Assembly (NCBI GenBank): GCA_040768745.1
Contig: JAXGMI010000001.1
Span: 1,568,001 to 1,632,000, forward strand
Reading direction: 5' to 3'
DNA: 64,000 bases
Source of the DNA: Desulfomicrobium sp.
Lineage (GTDB): Bacteria > Desulfobacterota > Desulfovibrionia > Desulfovibrionales > Desulfomicrobiaceae
Program-made: the position numbers and the translations under genes
In this document: one piece after another, positions 54,682 to 64,000 of the stretch
Layout: each line of letters begins with the position of its first letter
How positions within the stretch are numbered: the stretch's first letter is position 1
Notes under the pieces: model-generated
Seen by the model: only the letters and a program-made list of their open reading frames with translations
Told to the model about the DNA's origin: nothing
Databases searched by the model: none

Positions 54682-56751
54682 GTGTCTAAACGAGTCCCCA
54701 TAGAAAATCAGCGTAATATCGGTATCATGGCCCACATTGATGCGGGCAAAACAACGACTACCGAGCGTATACTTTTTTATACAGGCGTCTCCCACAGGCT
54801 CGGTGAGACGCATGACGGTCAGGCTACCATGGACTGGATGGAACAGGAGCAGGAGCGTGGCATAACCATCACCTCCGCTGCGACAACCTGTTTCTGGCGC
54901 GACTGTCGAATAAATATCATCGACACGCCCGGCCACGTAGACTTCACAGTAGAGGTTGAACGTTCGCTACGGGTTCTGGACGGAGCGGTGGCGGTATTCT
55001 GCGCCGTTGGCGGGGTTGAACCTCAGTCTGAAACCGTATGGAGGCAGGCCGACAGATATCATGTCCCCCGGGTCGCTTTTGTCAATAAGATGGATCGCTC
55101 TGGTGCGGATTTTTTCCGTGTCGTAGAAATGATAAAAGATCGACTCAAAGCCAAGCCAGTGCCGTTGCATCTGCCTATCGGTTCCGAGGAGAACTTCAAG
55201 GGCCAGATCGATCTGGTGCGCAATGTTGCCTTGTATTATGACGAAGAATCCAAGGGAGAGCAGATTGACGTGCGGGAAGTCCCCGCCGACATGGTTGATC
55301 TTGCCGACGAGTGGAGGATGCGCCTTGTCGAGGCCATCGCCGAAGAAGATGAAACGCTGCTGGAGAAGTATCTGGGCGGTGAGGAGCTGGCGCCAGAGGA
55401 GATCATGATAGGGATCCGGCAGGCCACTATTGGCATGAAGATCTGTCCGGTGATCTGTGGGTCCGCATTTAAGAACAAGGGAGTGCAGGCGTTGCTCGAT
55501 TGTGTGGTGGATTATCTGCCCTCGCCGGTCGATATCCCGCCCATGAAGGGCACTGATCCTGACTCGGGCAGTGAAATCCTTTGCGAATGTTCTGATGCAT
55601 TGCCTTTGAGCGCCCTGGCGTTCAAACTGATGTCCGACCCCTTCATTGGTCATCTGACCTTCCTCCGAATTTATTCGGGCGTACTCGAAGCGGGCTCTAC
55701 TGTTTTGAACGCTGCTTCGGGCAAAAAGGAGCGCATTGGCCGTCTACTGAAGATGCACGCCAACAAGCGTGAAGATATCAAGGAGGCTCATGCCGGGGAT
55801 ATCGTCGCGGCCGTCGGCTTGAAGCAGACTGCTACAGGCGAGACATTGTGCGATATTAAGCGGCCAGTGCTGCTTGAATCCATGGATTTTCCAGAGCCAG
55901 TTATTGAGGTCGCCATCGAACCGAAGACCAAGACAGATCGGGACTCTCTGGGTCAGGCACTGCAAAAGCTGGCCAAAGAGGATCCATCCTTCAGGGTCAA
56001 AACCAATGAGGAGACCGGGCAGACCCTCATCGCTGGAATGGGTGAGCTGCACCTGGAGATCATTGTTGATCGGCTGACCCGTGAATTCAAGGTTGACGCC
56101 AATGTCGGTCAGCCTCAGGTTGCCTACCGCGAAACCATTTCCAAGCCAGCTGAGAAAGACCTCAAATACGCCAAGCAGTCAGGGGGACGCGGTCAATATG
56201 GCCACGTAGTGATTAAAGTCGAACCGCGTGAGCCAGGTGCGGGATATGAATTCGTGAATAGCATTGTGGGTGGTGTTATTCCGAAAGAATACATACCCGC
56301 AGTCGACAAGGGTATCCGCGACGCATTGTTGAACGGTATTATGGCCGGCTTTCCCATGGTGGATGTGAAGGTTGAACTGATTCATGGTTCATACCACGAG
56401 GTAGACTCTTCTGAGCAGGCTTTTTACATCGCCGGTTCCATGGCTGTGAAGGACGCCTGTCAGAAAGCATCGCCCGTGCTTCTTGAGCCGATCATGTTTG
56501 TGGAAGTGTTGACGCCAGACGATTACATGGGCGATGTCATGGGCGACCTGAATGGCCGTCGAGGTCGCATCGTCAGTCTTGAAATGCGTCATGGGTTGCA
56601 AATTATTCGGGCTAACGTGCCCTTGAGCAGTATGTTTGGGTATGCCACGGACTTGCGCTCCAGAACTCAGGGCCGCGCCACGTATACCATGATGTTCGAT
56701 CATTATGATCGCGTTCCGGCAAGTCTTGCTGAAGAATTGACCAAGAAATGA
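54682..56751 (+). CDS. fusA: Elongation factor G
   Basis: [18 protein letters not shown] start. Confidence 0.98.
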   Translation: MSKRVPIENQRNIGIMAHIDAGKTTTTERILFYTGVSHRLGETHDGQATMDWMEQEQERGITITSAATTCFWRDCRINIIDTPGHVDFTVEVERSLRVLDGAVAVFCAVGGVEPQSETVWRQADRYHVPRVAFVNKMDRSGADFFRVVEMIKDRLKAKPVPLHLPIGSEENFKGQIDLVRNVALYYDEESKGEQIDVREVPADMVDLADEWRMRLVEAIAEEDETLLEKYLGGEELAPEEIMIGIRQATIGMKICPVICGSAFKNKGVQALLDCVVDYLPSPVDIPPMKGTDPDSGSEILCECSDALPLSALAFKLMSDPFIGHLTFLRIYSGVLEAGSTVLNAASGKKERIGRLLKMHANKREDIKEAHAGDIVAAVGLKQTATGETLCDIKRPVLLESMDFPEPVIEVAIEPKTKTDRDSLGQALQKLAKEDPSFRVKTNEETGQTLIAGMGELHLEIIVDRLTREFKVDANVGQPQVAYRETISKPAEKDLKYAKQSGGRGQYGHVVIKVEPREPGAGYEFVNSIVGGVIPKEYIPAVDKGIRDALLNGIMAGFPMVDVKVELIHGSYHEVDSSEQAFYIAGSMAVKDACQKASPVLLEPIMFVEVLTPDDYMGDVMGDLNGRRGRIVSLEMRHGLQIIRANVPLSSMFGYATDLRSRTQGRATYTMMFDHYDRVPASLAEELTKK

Positions 56752-56766
56752 GAATGGAGTTGAAAA

Positions 56767-57960
56767 ATGGCCAAGCAGAAGTTTGAGAGAAAGAAGCCGC
56801 ACGTCAATATTGGCACGATTGGTCATATTGACCATGGCAAGACGACGTTGACCGCAGCGATCACGAAGATTGCGAGCTTGAAGGGTGGGGGCACCTTTGT
56901 CGGCTACGATCAGATCGACAAGGCCCCGGAAGAGAAGGAGCGCGGCATCACCATTGCGACGGCGCATGTTGAATACGAGACCGCCAAGCGTCACTATGCG
57001 CATGTGGATTGTCCCGGTCACGCGGACTACATCAAGAACATGATCACGGGTGCAGCCCAGATGGACGGCGCGATCATCGTCGTGGCTGCCACGGACGGAC
57101 CCATGCCTCAGACCCGCGAGCATATTTTGCTCGCCCGTCAGGTAGGCGTGCCGTACCTGGTGGTGTTTCTGAACAAGGTTGACCTGGTCGACGACGAAGA
57201 GTTGATCGAGCTGGTGGAGATGGAAGTGCGGGAGCTGCTGTCCAAGTATGAATTTCCGGGTGACGACGTTCCGGTCATCCGAGGTTCGGCTTTGCTGGCT
57301 CTGGAGAGCGAGAGCGCCGACGCTGAAGGCGCCAAGTGCATCCTCGAGCTGCTGGACGCCTGCGACAATTATATTCCGGAGCCTGTCCGGGAGACGGACA
57401 AGCCCTTCCTGATGCCCATTGAGGACGTATTCTCTATCTCCGGTCGTGGCACTGTCGTGACCGGCAGGGTGGAGCGCGGTATCGTTAAGGTTGGGGAGGA
57501 AGTGGAAATCGTCGGGATCAATGAGACCCGGAAGACGACCTGCACAGGTGTTGAGATGTTCCGGAAGCTGCTGGACGAAGGTCAGGCCGGCGACAACATC
57601 GGGGCGTTGCTTCGCGGTGTTAAGCGTGACGAAGTGGAGCGTGGTCAGGTATTGGCCAAGCCTGGTTCCATCACCCCGCACACCAAATTTTCAGCTGAAG
57701 TGTATGTACTGAGCAAGGAAGAGGGCGGTCGCCATACTCCGTTTTTCTCTGGGTATCGTCCGCAGTTTTACTTCCGGACGACGGACATCACGGGCGTGGT
57801 GACCCTGAGCGAAGGGGTTGAAATGATCATGCCTGGGGACAACACGACGTTCCATGTGCATCTGATTGCACCAATCGCCATGGAAAAGGGTCTTCGCTTC
57901 GCCATCCGTGAAGGTGGCCGGACCGTTGGCGCTGGTGTTGTTTCTGAAATCGTGGAGTAA
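56767..57960 (+). CDS. tuf: Elongation factor Tu (copy 2)
   Basis: Protein identical to copy 1. Confidence 0.99.
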   Translation: MAKQKFERKKPHVNIGTIGHIDHGKTTLTAAITKIASLKGGGTFVGYDQIDKAPEEKERGITIATAHVEYETAKRHYAHVDCPGHADYIKNMITGAAQMDGAIIVVAATDGPMPQTREHILLARQVGVPYLVVFLNKVDLVDDEELIELVEMEVRELLSKYEFPGDDVPVIRGSALLALESESADAEGAKCILELLDACDNYIPEPVRETDKPFLMPIEDVFSISGRGTVVTGRVERGIVKVGEEVEIVGINETRKTTCTGVEMFRKLLDEGQAGDNIGALLRGVKRDEVERGQVLAKPGSITPHTKFSAEVYVLSKEEGGRHTPFFSGYRPQFYFRTTDITGVVTLSEGVEMIMPGDNTTFHVHLIAPIAMEKGLRFAIREGGRTVGAGVVSEIVE

Positions 57961-57972
57961 AGGGGCAAGGTC

Positions 57973-58284
57973 ATGATGAACAGCGATAAAATTCGTATTA
58001 AGCTCCGGGCTTATGATTACCGCATATTGGATAAGGCTGTCGCAGAGATAGTTGATTCAGCACGCAATACCGGCGCCTCCATAGCAGGCCCTATTCCATT
58101 GCCGACCAGAATCCACAAGCAGACTATCCAGAAGTCTGTGCACGTAGACAAGAAATCTCGCGAGCAGTTTGAAATGCGCGTTCATAAGCGCCTTTTGGAC
58201 ATCCTTGAGCCCACCCAACAGACTGTAGACGCCCTGGGCAAGCTGAATCTCCCCGCTGGGGTTGATGTTGAAATCAAGCTGTAG
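57973..58284 (+). CDS. rpsJ: 30S ribosomal protein S10
   Basis: GPIPLPT, SREQFE. Confidence 0.98.
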   Translation: MMNSDKIRIKLRAYDYRILDKAVAEIVDSARNTGASIAGPIPLPTRIHKQTIQKSVHVDKKSREQFEMRVHKRLLDILEPTQQTVDALGKLNLPAGVDVEIKL

Positions 58285-58302
58285 GGACAACGAGAGGCTA
58301 CC

Positions 58303-58935
58303 ATGAAAAAGACATTAGGACTGGTAGGACGTAAGATCGGCATGACACGTATTTTCGGGGCTGACGGAAGTGCCATCCCCGTAACGGTCATTCAGGCCGG
58401 TCCATGTCCGGTTATTGATAAGAAGGTGCAGGGCCGAGATGGATACACTGCACTGCAGGTAGGATTCGAAGAGGTGGCGGCCCATAGACTGAACAAGCCT
58501 GAGCAGGGTCATCAGCAGAAGGCAAATTGTGGCTTTTACAAAATGCTGAAGGAATTTCCTCTCGGAAGTGTCGAAGAATATGAAGTTGGTCAGAAGCTGA
58601 CAGTGGATATGTTCGTCCCTGGCGAAAAAATCCGTGTGACCGGAACATCCAAGGGCCGAGGATTTGCCGGTGTCATCCGACGCTGGAACTTCGGCGGGGC
58701 TCCGGCCACGCATGGCCATGAGCAGGTGCACAGAAAGCCTGGTTCCATAGGGCAGTGCGCTTGGCCGAGCAAGGTTTTCAAAGGAAAGAAGCTCCCGGGC
58801 CAACTTGGCAACAAGACTGCAACCATGCTGAACATTGAAGTTGTCGATGTCCGTCCGGAAGACAACGTCGTTCTGGTTCGCGGCCAGGTTCCAGGGCCCA
58901 AGCAGGGGATCATTATCCTCAGCAAGTTGAAATGA
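58303..58935 (+). CDS. rplC: 50S ribosomal protein L3
   Basis: KIGMT, SKGRGFAG, PGSIG. Confidence 0.98.
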   Translation: MKKTLGLVGRKIGMTRIFGADGSAIPVTVIQAGPCPVIDKKVQGRDGYTALQVGFEEVAAHRLNKPEQGHQQKANCGFYKMLKEFPLGSVEEYEVGQKLTVDMFVPGEKIRVTGTSKGRGFAGVIRRWNFGGAPATHGHEQVHRKPGSIGQCAWPSKVFKGKKLPGQLGNKTATMLNIEVVDVRPEDNVVLVRGQVPGPKQGIIILSKLK

Positions 58936-58947
58936 GGGGTAGAGATA

Positions 58948-59568
58948 ATGGCTAATGCGAAAGTATACGATCAGAGCAGGAAGGAAGTCGGGGAGATTTC
59001 CCTGTCTGATGACATTTTCCAGATAGAGGTCAAACCTGAGATTCTGCACTTGGCTGTGCGTTCGCATTTGGCCAAGCTGCGATCCGGAACAGTGGGCGTG
59101 AAGACTCGCGGTCTGGTCAGTGGCGGAGGGAAGAAGCCTTGGCGTCAGAAGGGCACAGGCCGTGCTCGCGCCGGGTCAACTCGTTCACCGTTGTGGAGAG
59201 GTGGTGCCATCGTTCATGGTCCGCAGGCCCGTGATTATAGCTTCAAGATCAATAAACAGGTCCGCAAGCTGGCCATGAAAATGGCTCTGTCCTCCCGGTT
59301 CACCACCGAAAACATGCTTGTAGTCGACAAATTGCACTTTGACGAGATCAAAACCAAGAATTTTGTGGCCTGCAAGGAATCTCTTGGGCTTAAAAAAGCC
59401 TTGATTGTTGTTGCTGAAAAAGATACCAACCTTGCTCTTTCAGCCAGGAATGTGCCTGGCGTTTTGGTTTTGGATCAGCAATCGATCAACGTGTACGAAA
59501 TTCTCAAGTATCCTCAGATGGTTCTTGACAAAGGCGCTGTCGAGGCTCTGCAAGAGAGGTTGAAATAA
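58948..59568 (+). CDS. rplD: 50S ribosomal protein L4
   Basis: KPWRQKGTGRAR. Confidence 0.98.
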   Translation: MANAKVYDQSRKEVGEISLSDDIFQIEVKPEILHLAVRSHLAKLRSGTVGVKTRGLVSGGGKKPWRQKGTGRARAGSTRSPLWRGGAIVHGPQARDYSFKINKQVRKLAMKMALSSRFTTENMLVVDKLHFDEIKTKNFVACKESLGLKKALIVVAEKDTNLALSARNVPGVLVLDQQSINVYEILKYPQMVLDKGAVEALQERLK

Positions 59569-59858
59569 TGGAAAGCTCGCAAGTACTGCTCAGACCGTTA
59601 ATTTCGGAAAAGTCCACCGGGCTGAAGGATCTGAATAATCAGGTCGCCTTTTACGTTCATGCTGCCGCAAACAAGATTGATGTCCAGCGTGCGGTGGAAA
59701 GCGCTTTTGGGGTCAAGGTCTCTGCCGTGAATATCCTCAATCACCGGCCTCGCACTAGGAAGAAGTTTGGCCGTGTTGTTGGCAAGGTCAGCGGATACAA
59801 AAAAGCGTATGTTTCCCTTGCTTCCGGCGACAAGATTGATTTCTTTGAAGGGGTGTAA
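59568..59858 (+). CDS. rplW: 50S ribosomal protein L23
   Basis: PLISEK, KKAYV. Confidence 0.97.
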   Translation: MESSQVLLRPLISEKSTGLKDLNNQVAFYVHAAANKIDVQRAVESAFGVKVSAVNILNHRPRTRKKFGRVVGKVSGYKKAYVSLASGDKIDFFEGV

Positions 59859-59860
59859 TT

Positions 59861-60691
59861 ATGGCCATTCGTAAGCTTAAACCCACATCCGCAGGACGCA
59901 GGGCGCAGACGGTTCTCACGTTTGATGAGATCACGGCAGCGAAACCCGAAAAGTCGTTGACCAAGGGCTTGACCAGGAAAAGCGGGCGAAATCATTTCGG
60001 CCGGATCACTTCCCGAAGAAGAGGTGGTGGCAACAAGTCCCTGTACCGCATCATCGATTTCAAGCGGAACAAGTTGGATATTCCTGCAAAAGTCGCAAGC
60101 ATCGAATACGATCCGAACAGAAGCGCTCGGATTGCACTGCTGCATTACGCGGACGGAGAAAAGCGATATATTCTTTGCCCCGTTGGAATCAGCGTAGGGG
60201 ATCAGATTCTGGCTGGCGAAAAGTCTGACATCAAGCCTGGCAACGCCCTGCCCTTGGCGAGGATTCCGTTAGGAACTCTTGTGCACAACGTGGAGCTGTA
60301 TCCTGGCCGTGGCGGGCAGTTGGTTCGTTCTGCAGGCTCGTATGCCCAAGTCATCGCAAAAGAGGATAAGTATGCCCTTTTGCGCTTGCCGTCCGGAGAA
60401 GTGCGCAAGGTCTTGGCTGTCAACACCGCAACAGTCGGTCAGGTTGGCAATATTGAGCATGAAAATGTTTCCATCGGAAAGGCCGGCCGAAATCGTTGGC
60501 TCGGTAACCGTCCGAAGGTTCGCGGCGTTGCGATGAACCCTGTCGACCATCCGTTGGGTGGCGGTGAAGGCAGAAGTTCAGGTGGTCGTCATCCCGTTAC
60601 TCCGTGGGGAAAACCCACCAAGGGATACAAGACGCGTTCACCTAAAAAGGCTTCGTCCAAGTTAATCGTCAAACGCCGTGGAAGTAAGTAG
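59861..60691 (+). CDS. rplB: 50S ribosomal protein L2
   Basis: [21 protein letters not shown]. Confidence 0.98.
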   Translation: MAIRKLKPTSAGRRAQTVLTFDEITAAKPEKSLTKGLTRKSGRNHFGRITSRRRGGGNKSLYRIIDFKRNKLDIPAKVASIEYDPNRSARIALLHYADGEKRYILCPVGISVGDQILAGEKSDIKPGNALPLARIPLGTLVHNVELYPGRGGQLVRSAGSYAQVIAKEDKYALLRLPSGEVRKVLAVNTATVGQVGNIEHENVSIGKAGRNRWLGNRPKVRGVAMNPVDHPLGGGEGRSSGGRHPVTPWGKPTKGYKTRSPKKASSKLIVKRRGSK

Positions 60692-60699
60692 GAGTTACT

Positions 60700-60972
60700 A
60701 TGCCTAGGTCGCTGAAAAAAGGCCCTTTTGTTGACGACCATCTCCTGAAGAAAGTTGAAAAGTCGAATGCCGACAGAAGCCGTCAGGTAATCAAGACCTG
60801 GTCACGCCGGTCGACTATTTTGCCTGAGATGGTCGGTCTGACCTTTGCGGTCCATAATGGGAAGAAGTTCATTCCGGTTTTCGTGTCTGAGAATATGGTT
60901 GGGCACAAGCTAGGCGAGTTCGCACCAACCAGGACATATTTTGGCCACGCTGCCGAGAAGAAGAAGAAATAG
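60700..60972 (+). CDS. rpsS: 30S ribosomal protein S19
   Basis: [17 protein letters not shown]. Confidence 0.98.
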   Translation: MPRSLKKGPFVDDHLLKKVEKSNADRSRQVIKTWSRRSTILPEMVGLTFAVHNGKKFIPVFVSENMVGHKLGEFAPTRTYFGHAAEKKKK

Positions 60973-60986
60973 ACAGGAATTTTCAT

Positions 60987-61319
60987 ATGGAAGCTAGATC
61001 AGTTGCCAAGTTTATACGTGTTTCTCCGCAGAAGGCCAGGTTAGTCGCTCGCAATGTGACAGGAAAGCCTGTGGAAGATGCGTTGAATGTCCTGAAATTC
61101 ACGCCCAAAAAAGCTGCACGCCTGATTGAAAAGGTTCTGAATACAGCTATTGCCAATGCCGAACACAATTCCAAGCTTGATGTGGACAATCTCTATGTCA
61201 AGGAAGTGCGGATTGACGGGGGGCCGAGTTGGAAGCGGATTCAGTCCAGAGCAATGGGGCGGGCATACAGAATAATCAAGCGCACCAGCCACATTACAGT
61301 GGTTGTCGATGAACTCTAG
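60987..61319 (+). CDS. rplV: 50S ribosomal protein L22
   Basis: SPQKARL, RAMGRA, TSHITV. Confidence 0.98.
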   Translation: MEARSVAKFIRVSPQKARLVARNVTGKPVEDALNVLKFTPKKAARLIEKVLNTAIANAEHNSKLDVDNLYVKEVRIDGGPSWKRIQSRAMGRAYRIIKRTSHITVVVDEL

Positions 61320-61331
61320 GAGGGCAGTGCT

Positions 61332-61970
61332 TTGGGTCATAAAGTTCATCCTTACGGATTCCGTTTAGGTTACAATAAAAATTGGAAATCCCGTTGGTTC
61401 AGCGACAAGAAATATGCCGAGTATGTCCTTGAGGATAGCAACCTTCGGAAATATGTGAAGGAAAAGCTTTTTCACGCAGGTATTTCCAAAATTGAAATTG
61501 AACGAGCTGCTGACAAGATTCGCCTCATCCTTTTCACTGCGCGCCCCGGTATTGTTATCGGACGAAAGGGCGTGGAAATTGAAAAGCTGCGGGCTGAGAT
61601 GAAAGGCAAATTCGGGCGAGAGTTCGTTATTGAAGTTAATGAAATACGCCGCCCTGAAACCGATGCTCAGCTTGTGGCTGAATCCATTGCACAGCAGTTG
61701 GAGCGCCGTGTGGCATTCCGGCGGGCTATCAAGAAGACGTTGGGCATGGCCCAAAAATTTGGGGCCCAAGGAATAAAGGTGCAGTGTGGAGGCCGCCTTG
61801 GAGGCGCTGAAATTGCGCGCAGTGAGTGGGCTAGAGAAGGCAGGGTCCCTCTGCATACCTTGCGGGCTGATATTGACTACGGAGTCGCGCTGGCCAAGAC
61901 GACCTATGGTGTCATTGGGATCAAGGTCTGGGTTTTCAAGGGCGAGATTCTGAGCGAGGTGGATAACTGA
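61332..61970 (+). CDS. rpsC: 30S ribosomal protein S3
   Basis: [25 protein letters not shown] start. Confidence 0.98.
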   Translation: MGHKVHPYGFRLGYNKNWKSRWFSDKKYAEYVLEDSNLRKYVKEKLFHAGISKIEIERAADKIRLILFTARPGIVIGRKGVEIEKLRAEMKGKFGREFVIEVNEIRRPETDAQLVAESIAQQLERRVAFRRAIKKTLGMAQKFGAQGIKVQCGGRLGGAEIARSEWAREGRVPLHTLRADIDYGVALAKTTYGVIGIKVWVFKGEILSEVDN

Positions 61971-62377
61971 TGCTGAGTCCTAAGAAAGTAAAATTTCGGA
62001 AGCAGCAAAAGGGTCGTATTCGCGGACTCGCGCAGCGTGCGACCACAGTTGCTTTTGGAGATATAGCTTTGAAGGCTGTTGAAAACGGTAAAATTACCAG
62101 TCAACAGATCGAAGCTGCACGTATTGCTATGATGCGTCATATCAAAAGAGGCGGAAAAGTCTTTATTAGAATTTTTCCGGATAAAACTATCACCGCAAAG
62201 CCTCTAGAAGTCCGTCAAGGCAAGGGAAAAGGTGCTCCAGTAGGATGGTGTGCTCCAGTCCAAAGGGGCCGTATAATTTATGAAATTAAAGGCGTTGATG
62301 TTGAGCTGGCTAAAGAAGCATTGCAAAGAGCTGCCTACAAGCTGCCTATAAAGACTATTATAGTCGAAAAGGAGTAA
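61970..62377 (+). CDS. rplP: 50S ribosomal protein L16
   Basis: QIEAAR, GKGKG. Confidence 0.98.
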   Translation: MLSPKKVKFRKQQKGRIRGLAQRATTVAFGDIALKAVENGKITSQQIEAARIAMMRHIKRGGKVFIRIFPDKTITAKPLEVRQGKGKGAPVGWCAPVQRGRIIYEIKGVDVELAKEALQRAAYKLPIKTIIVEKE

Positions 62378-62383
62378 GACAGG

Positions 62384-62587
62384 ATGAATGCTCAACAGTT
62401 TCGAGATTTAGATTCAACAAAGCTCCATGAAAAACTCGGTGAGTTTCGCAAGGAACTGATGAATCTTCGTTTTCAGCATGCAACGGCGCAGCTTGAAAAT
62501 ACACAGAGAATACCGCTTGTTAAAAAATCCATTGCTCGGATTTTGACGATTTTGAAAGAGAAGGACATGGAGACAAGTGATGAGTAA
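62384..62587 (+). CDS. rpmC: 50S ribosomal protein L29
   Basis: LRFQ, IARILT. Confidence 0.96.
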   Translation: MNAQQFRDLDSTKLHEKLGEFRKELMNLRFQHATAQLENTQRIPLVKKSIARILTILKEKDMETSDE

Positions 62588-62846
62588 CAGCGGAAAGGCA
62601 TCGAACAAGAGAACTCTTGTTGGCTTCGTAGTGAGCGATAAGAACGACAAAACTATAGTCGTCCGCGTCGAAACACTGGTCAAGCATCCTGTTCTTAAGA
62701 AATATATCCGCCGCAGAAAGAAGTTCATGGCTCATGACCCCAATAATGAATGTCATATTGGGGACAAGGTTCAGATAGTCGAACACCGGCCATTGAGTGC
62801 TCGGAAGAATTGGCATCTGATGAAAATTATCGAAAGAGCTTTGTAG
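62580..62846 (+). CDS. rpsQ: 30S ribosomal protein S17
   Basis: [16 protein letters not shown]. Confidence 0.97.
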   Translation: MSNSGKASNKRTLVGFVVSDKNDKTIVVRVETLVKHPVLKKYIRRRKKFMAHDPNNECHIGDKVQIVEHRPLSARKNWHLMKIIERAL

Positions 62847-62856
62847 GGGATTTAAA

Positions 62857-63225
62857 ATGATTCAAATGCAGACGACTTTGGATGTTGCAGACAATTCCGG
62901 AGCCAAAAAGGTTGCCTGCATCAAGGTGCTGGGCGGAAGTAAGAGAAGATACGCGCGCATCGGCGACATCATCATGGTGTCAGTCAAGGAAGCGATCCCT
63001 CATGGCAAGGTAAAGAAAGGCGATGTTCTCCAGGCAGTAGTTGTTAGAACAACAAAGGAAATTGGTCGCCCTGACGGAACCTTCATCCGCTTTGACAATA
63101 ATTCAGCGGTACTGCTGAATAAAAACCTTGAGCCGCTGGGGACGCGCATATTTGGGCCTGTCGCCAGAGAACTGCGGGCGAAGAACTTTATGAAGATCGT
63201 ATCCTTAGCCCCTGAGGTACTGTAA
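62857..63225 (+). CDS. rplN: 50S ribosomal protein L14
   Basis: [16 protein letters not shown]. Confidence 0.98.
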   Translation: MIQMQTTLDVADNSGAKKVACIKVLGGSKRRYARIGDIIMVSVKEAIPHGKVKKGDVLQAVVVRTTKEIGRPDGTFIRFDNNSAVLLNKNLEPLGTRIFGPVARELRAKNFMKIVSLAPEVL

Positions 63226-63228
63226 GCT

Positions 63229-63558
63229 ATGTCTTCGCAAGTTTGTAAAATTCATAAAAATGATAATGTGATCGTTTTGTCCGGGAAAGATAAGGGAAAG
63301 ATTGGCAAAGTGATGAGGGTGCTTCGAAGCAAGAACCAAATTATTGTTGAGAAAGTCAACATGGTCAGGAAACATACCAAGCCAAACCCTTATGCGAATC
63401 AGCCCGGTGGGATTGTGGACAAGGAGATGCCTTTAGACATCTCAAATGTTCAGTTGGTATGCAATGCATGTTCCAAGCCGACAAGGCTGGGATATAAAGT
63501 CACTGATGAAAACAAGAAAGTTCGTTATTGCAAAAAATGCAATGAGACGATCAGTTAA
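63229..63558 (+). CDS. rplX: 50S ribosomal protein L24
   Basis: [12 protein letters not shown]. Confidence 0.97.
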   Translation: MSSQVCKIHKNDNVIVLSGKDKGKIGKVMRVLRSKNQIIVEKVNMVRKHTKPNPYANQPGGIVDKEMPLDISNVQLVCNACSKPTRLGYKVTDENKKVRYCKKCNETIS

Positions 63559-63567
63559 GGTATCCCA

Positions 63568-64000
63568 ATGAGCAGTCTTCAAAAGATCTACAAAGATAAA
63601 GTCGCTCCTGCACTCTCTAAGGAATTTAATTACTCTTCAGTGATGGAAATTCCACAGATTAAATGCGTCTCTTTGAACATGGGACTGGGTGAAGGCAGCC
63701 AGAATAATAAAATCATACAGGATTCTGTACGCGATTTGTCTCTGATTGCTGGTCAGCGGGCTGTTGTAACACGGGCAAAAAAATCCATCGCAGCGTTCAA
63801 GCTGCGTGAAGGAATGCCTGTAGGCTGCCGGGTATCGCTTCGTGGAGACAACATGTGGGCTTTTCTCGAAAAGCTTATCACCATCGCATTGCCGCGTGTG
63901 CGTGACTTTCGTGGCGTTCCGGACCGAGGATTTGATGGGCGCGGCAATTATACGCTCGGCATCAAAGAGCACACGATTTTTCCGGAAATTGAAATAGATA
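63568..64000 (+). CDS. rplE: 50S ribosomal protein L5 (partial)
   Basis: [27 protein letters not shown]. Confidence 0.96.
   Translation, partial: MSSLQKIYKDKVAPALSKEFNYSSVMEIPQIKCVSLNMGLGEGSQNNKIIQDSVRDLSLIAGQRAVVTRAKKSIAAFKLREGMPVGCRVSLRGDNMWAFLEKLITIALPRVRDFRGVPDRGFDGRGNYTLGIKEHTIFPEIEID

Overview
Chromosomal window from a Desulfovibrionales-type sulfate-reducing deltaproteobacterium; this assignment is inferred from gene content, e.g. archaeal-type aroA'/aroB', rex next to the F0 atp genes, and a signal-peptide-bearing AtpE. From left to right: (1) a minus-strand aromatic amino acid operon aroA'-aroB'-pheA-aroA-tyrA-trpEGDCF with two ribosome-dependent attenuators. One is a 28-aa leader rich in Tyr, Phe and Trp (YFFWYFYF) at the operon head. 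The other, the most unusual feature here, is an internal Trp attenuator in which the C-terminus of the TyrA enzyme itself (…ALWWWRTK…) appears to act as the leader peptide for trpE. (2) Small genes, an HD/HAD fusion, a CofD/YvcK-like gene, two tRNA-Phe genes and a liv ABC transporter. (3) A 9.2-kb phage-satellite-like island in tRNA-Arg(TCG) encoding an integrase, an AlpA/Xis-like protein, a prim-pol, a DUF927 helicase, iteron arrays, a terS remnant and exported cargo proteins. (4) TolC, a Lon-like protease and an IS3 element. (5) F0 atp genes, rex, rpmE-prfA-prmC-lpxC, tRNAs, tuf-rpmG-secE-nusG-rplKAJL-rpoBC, and the str, S10 and start of the spc operons. Many single-base frameshifts in the first 17 kb, mostly at short nucleotide runs, look like sequencing errors rather than gene decay.
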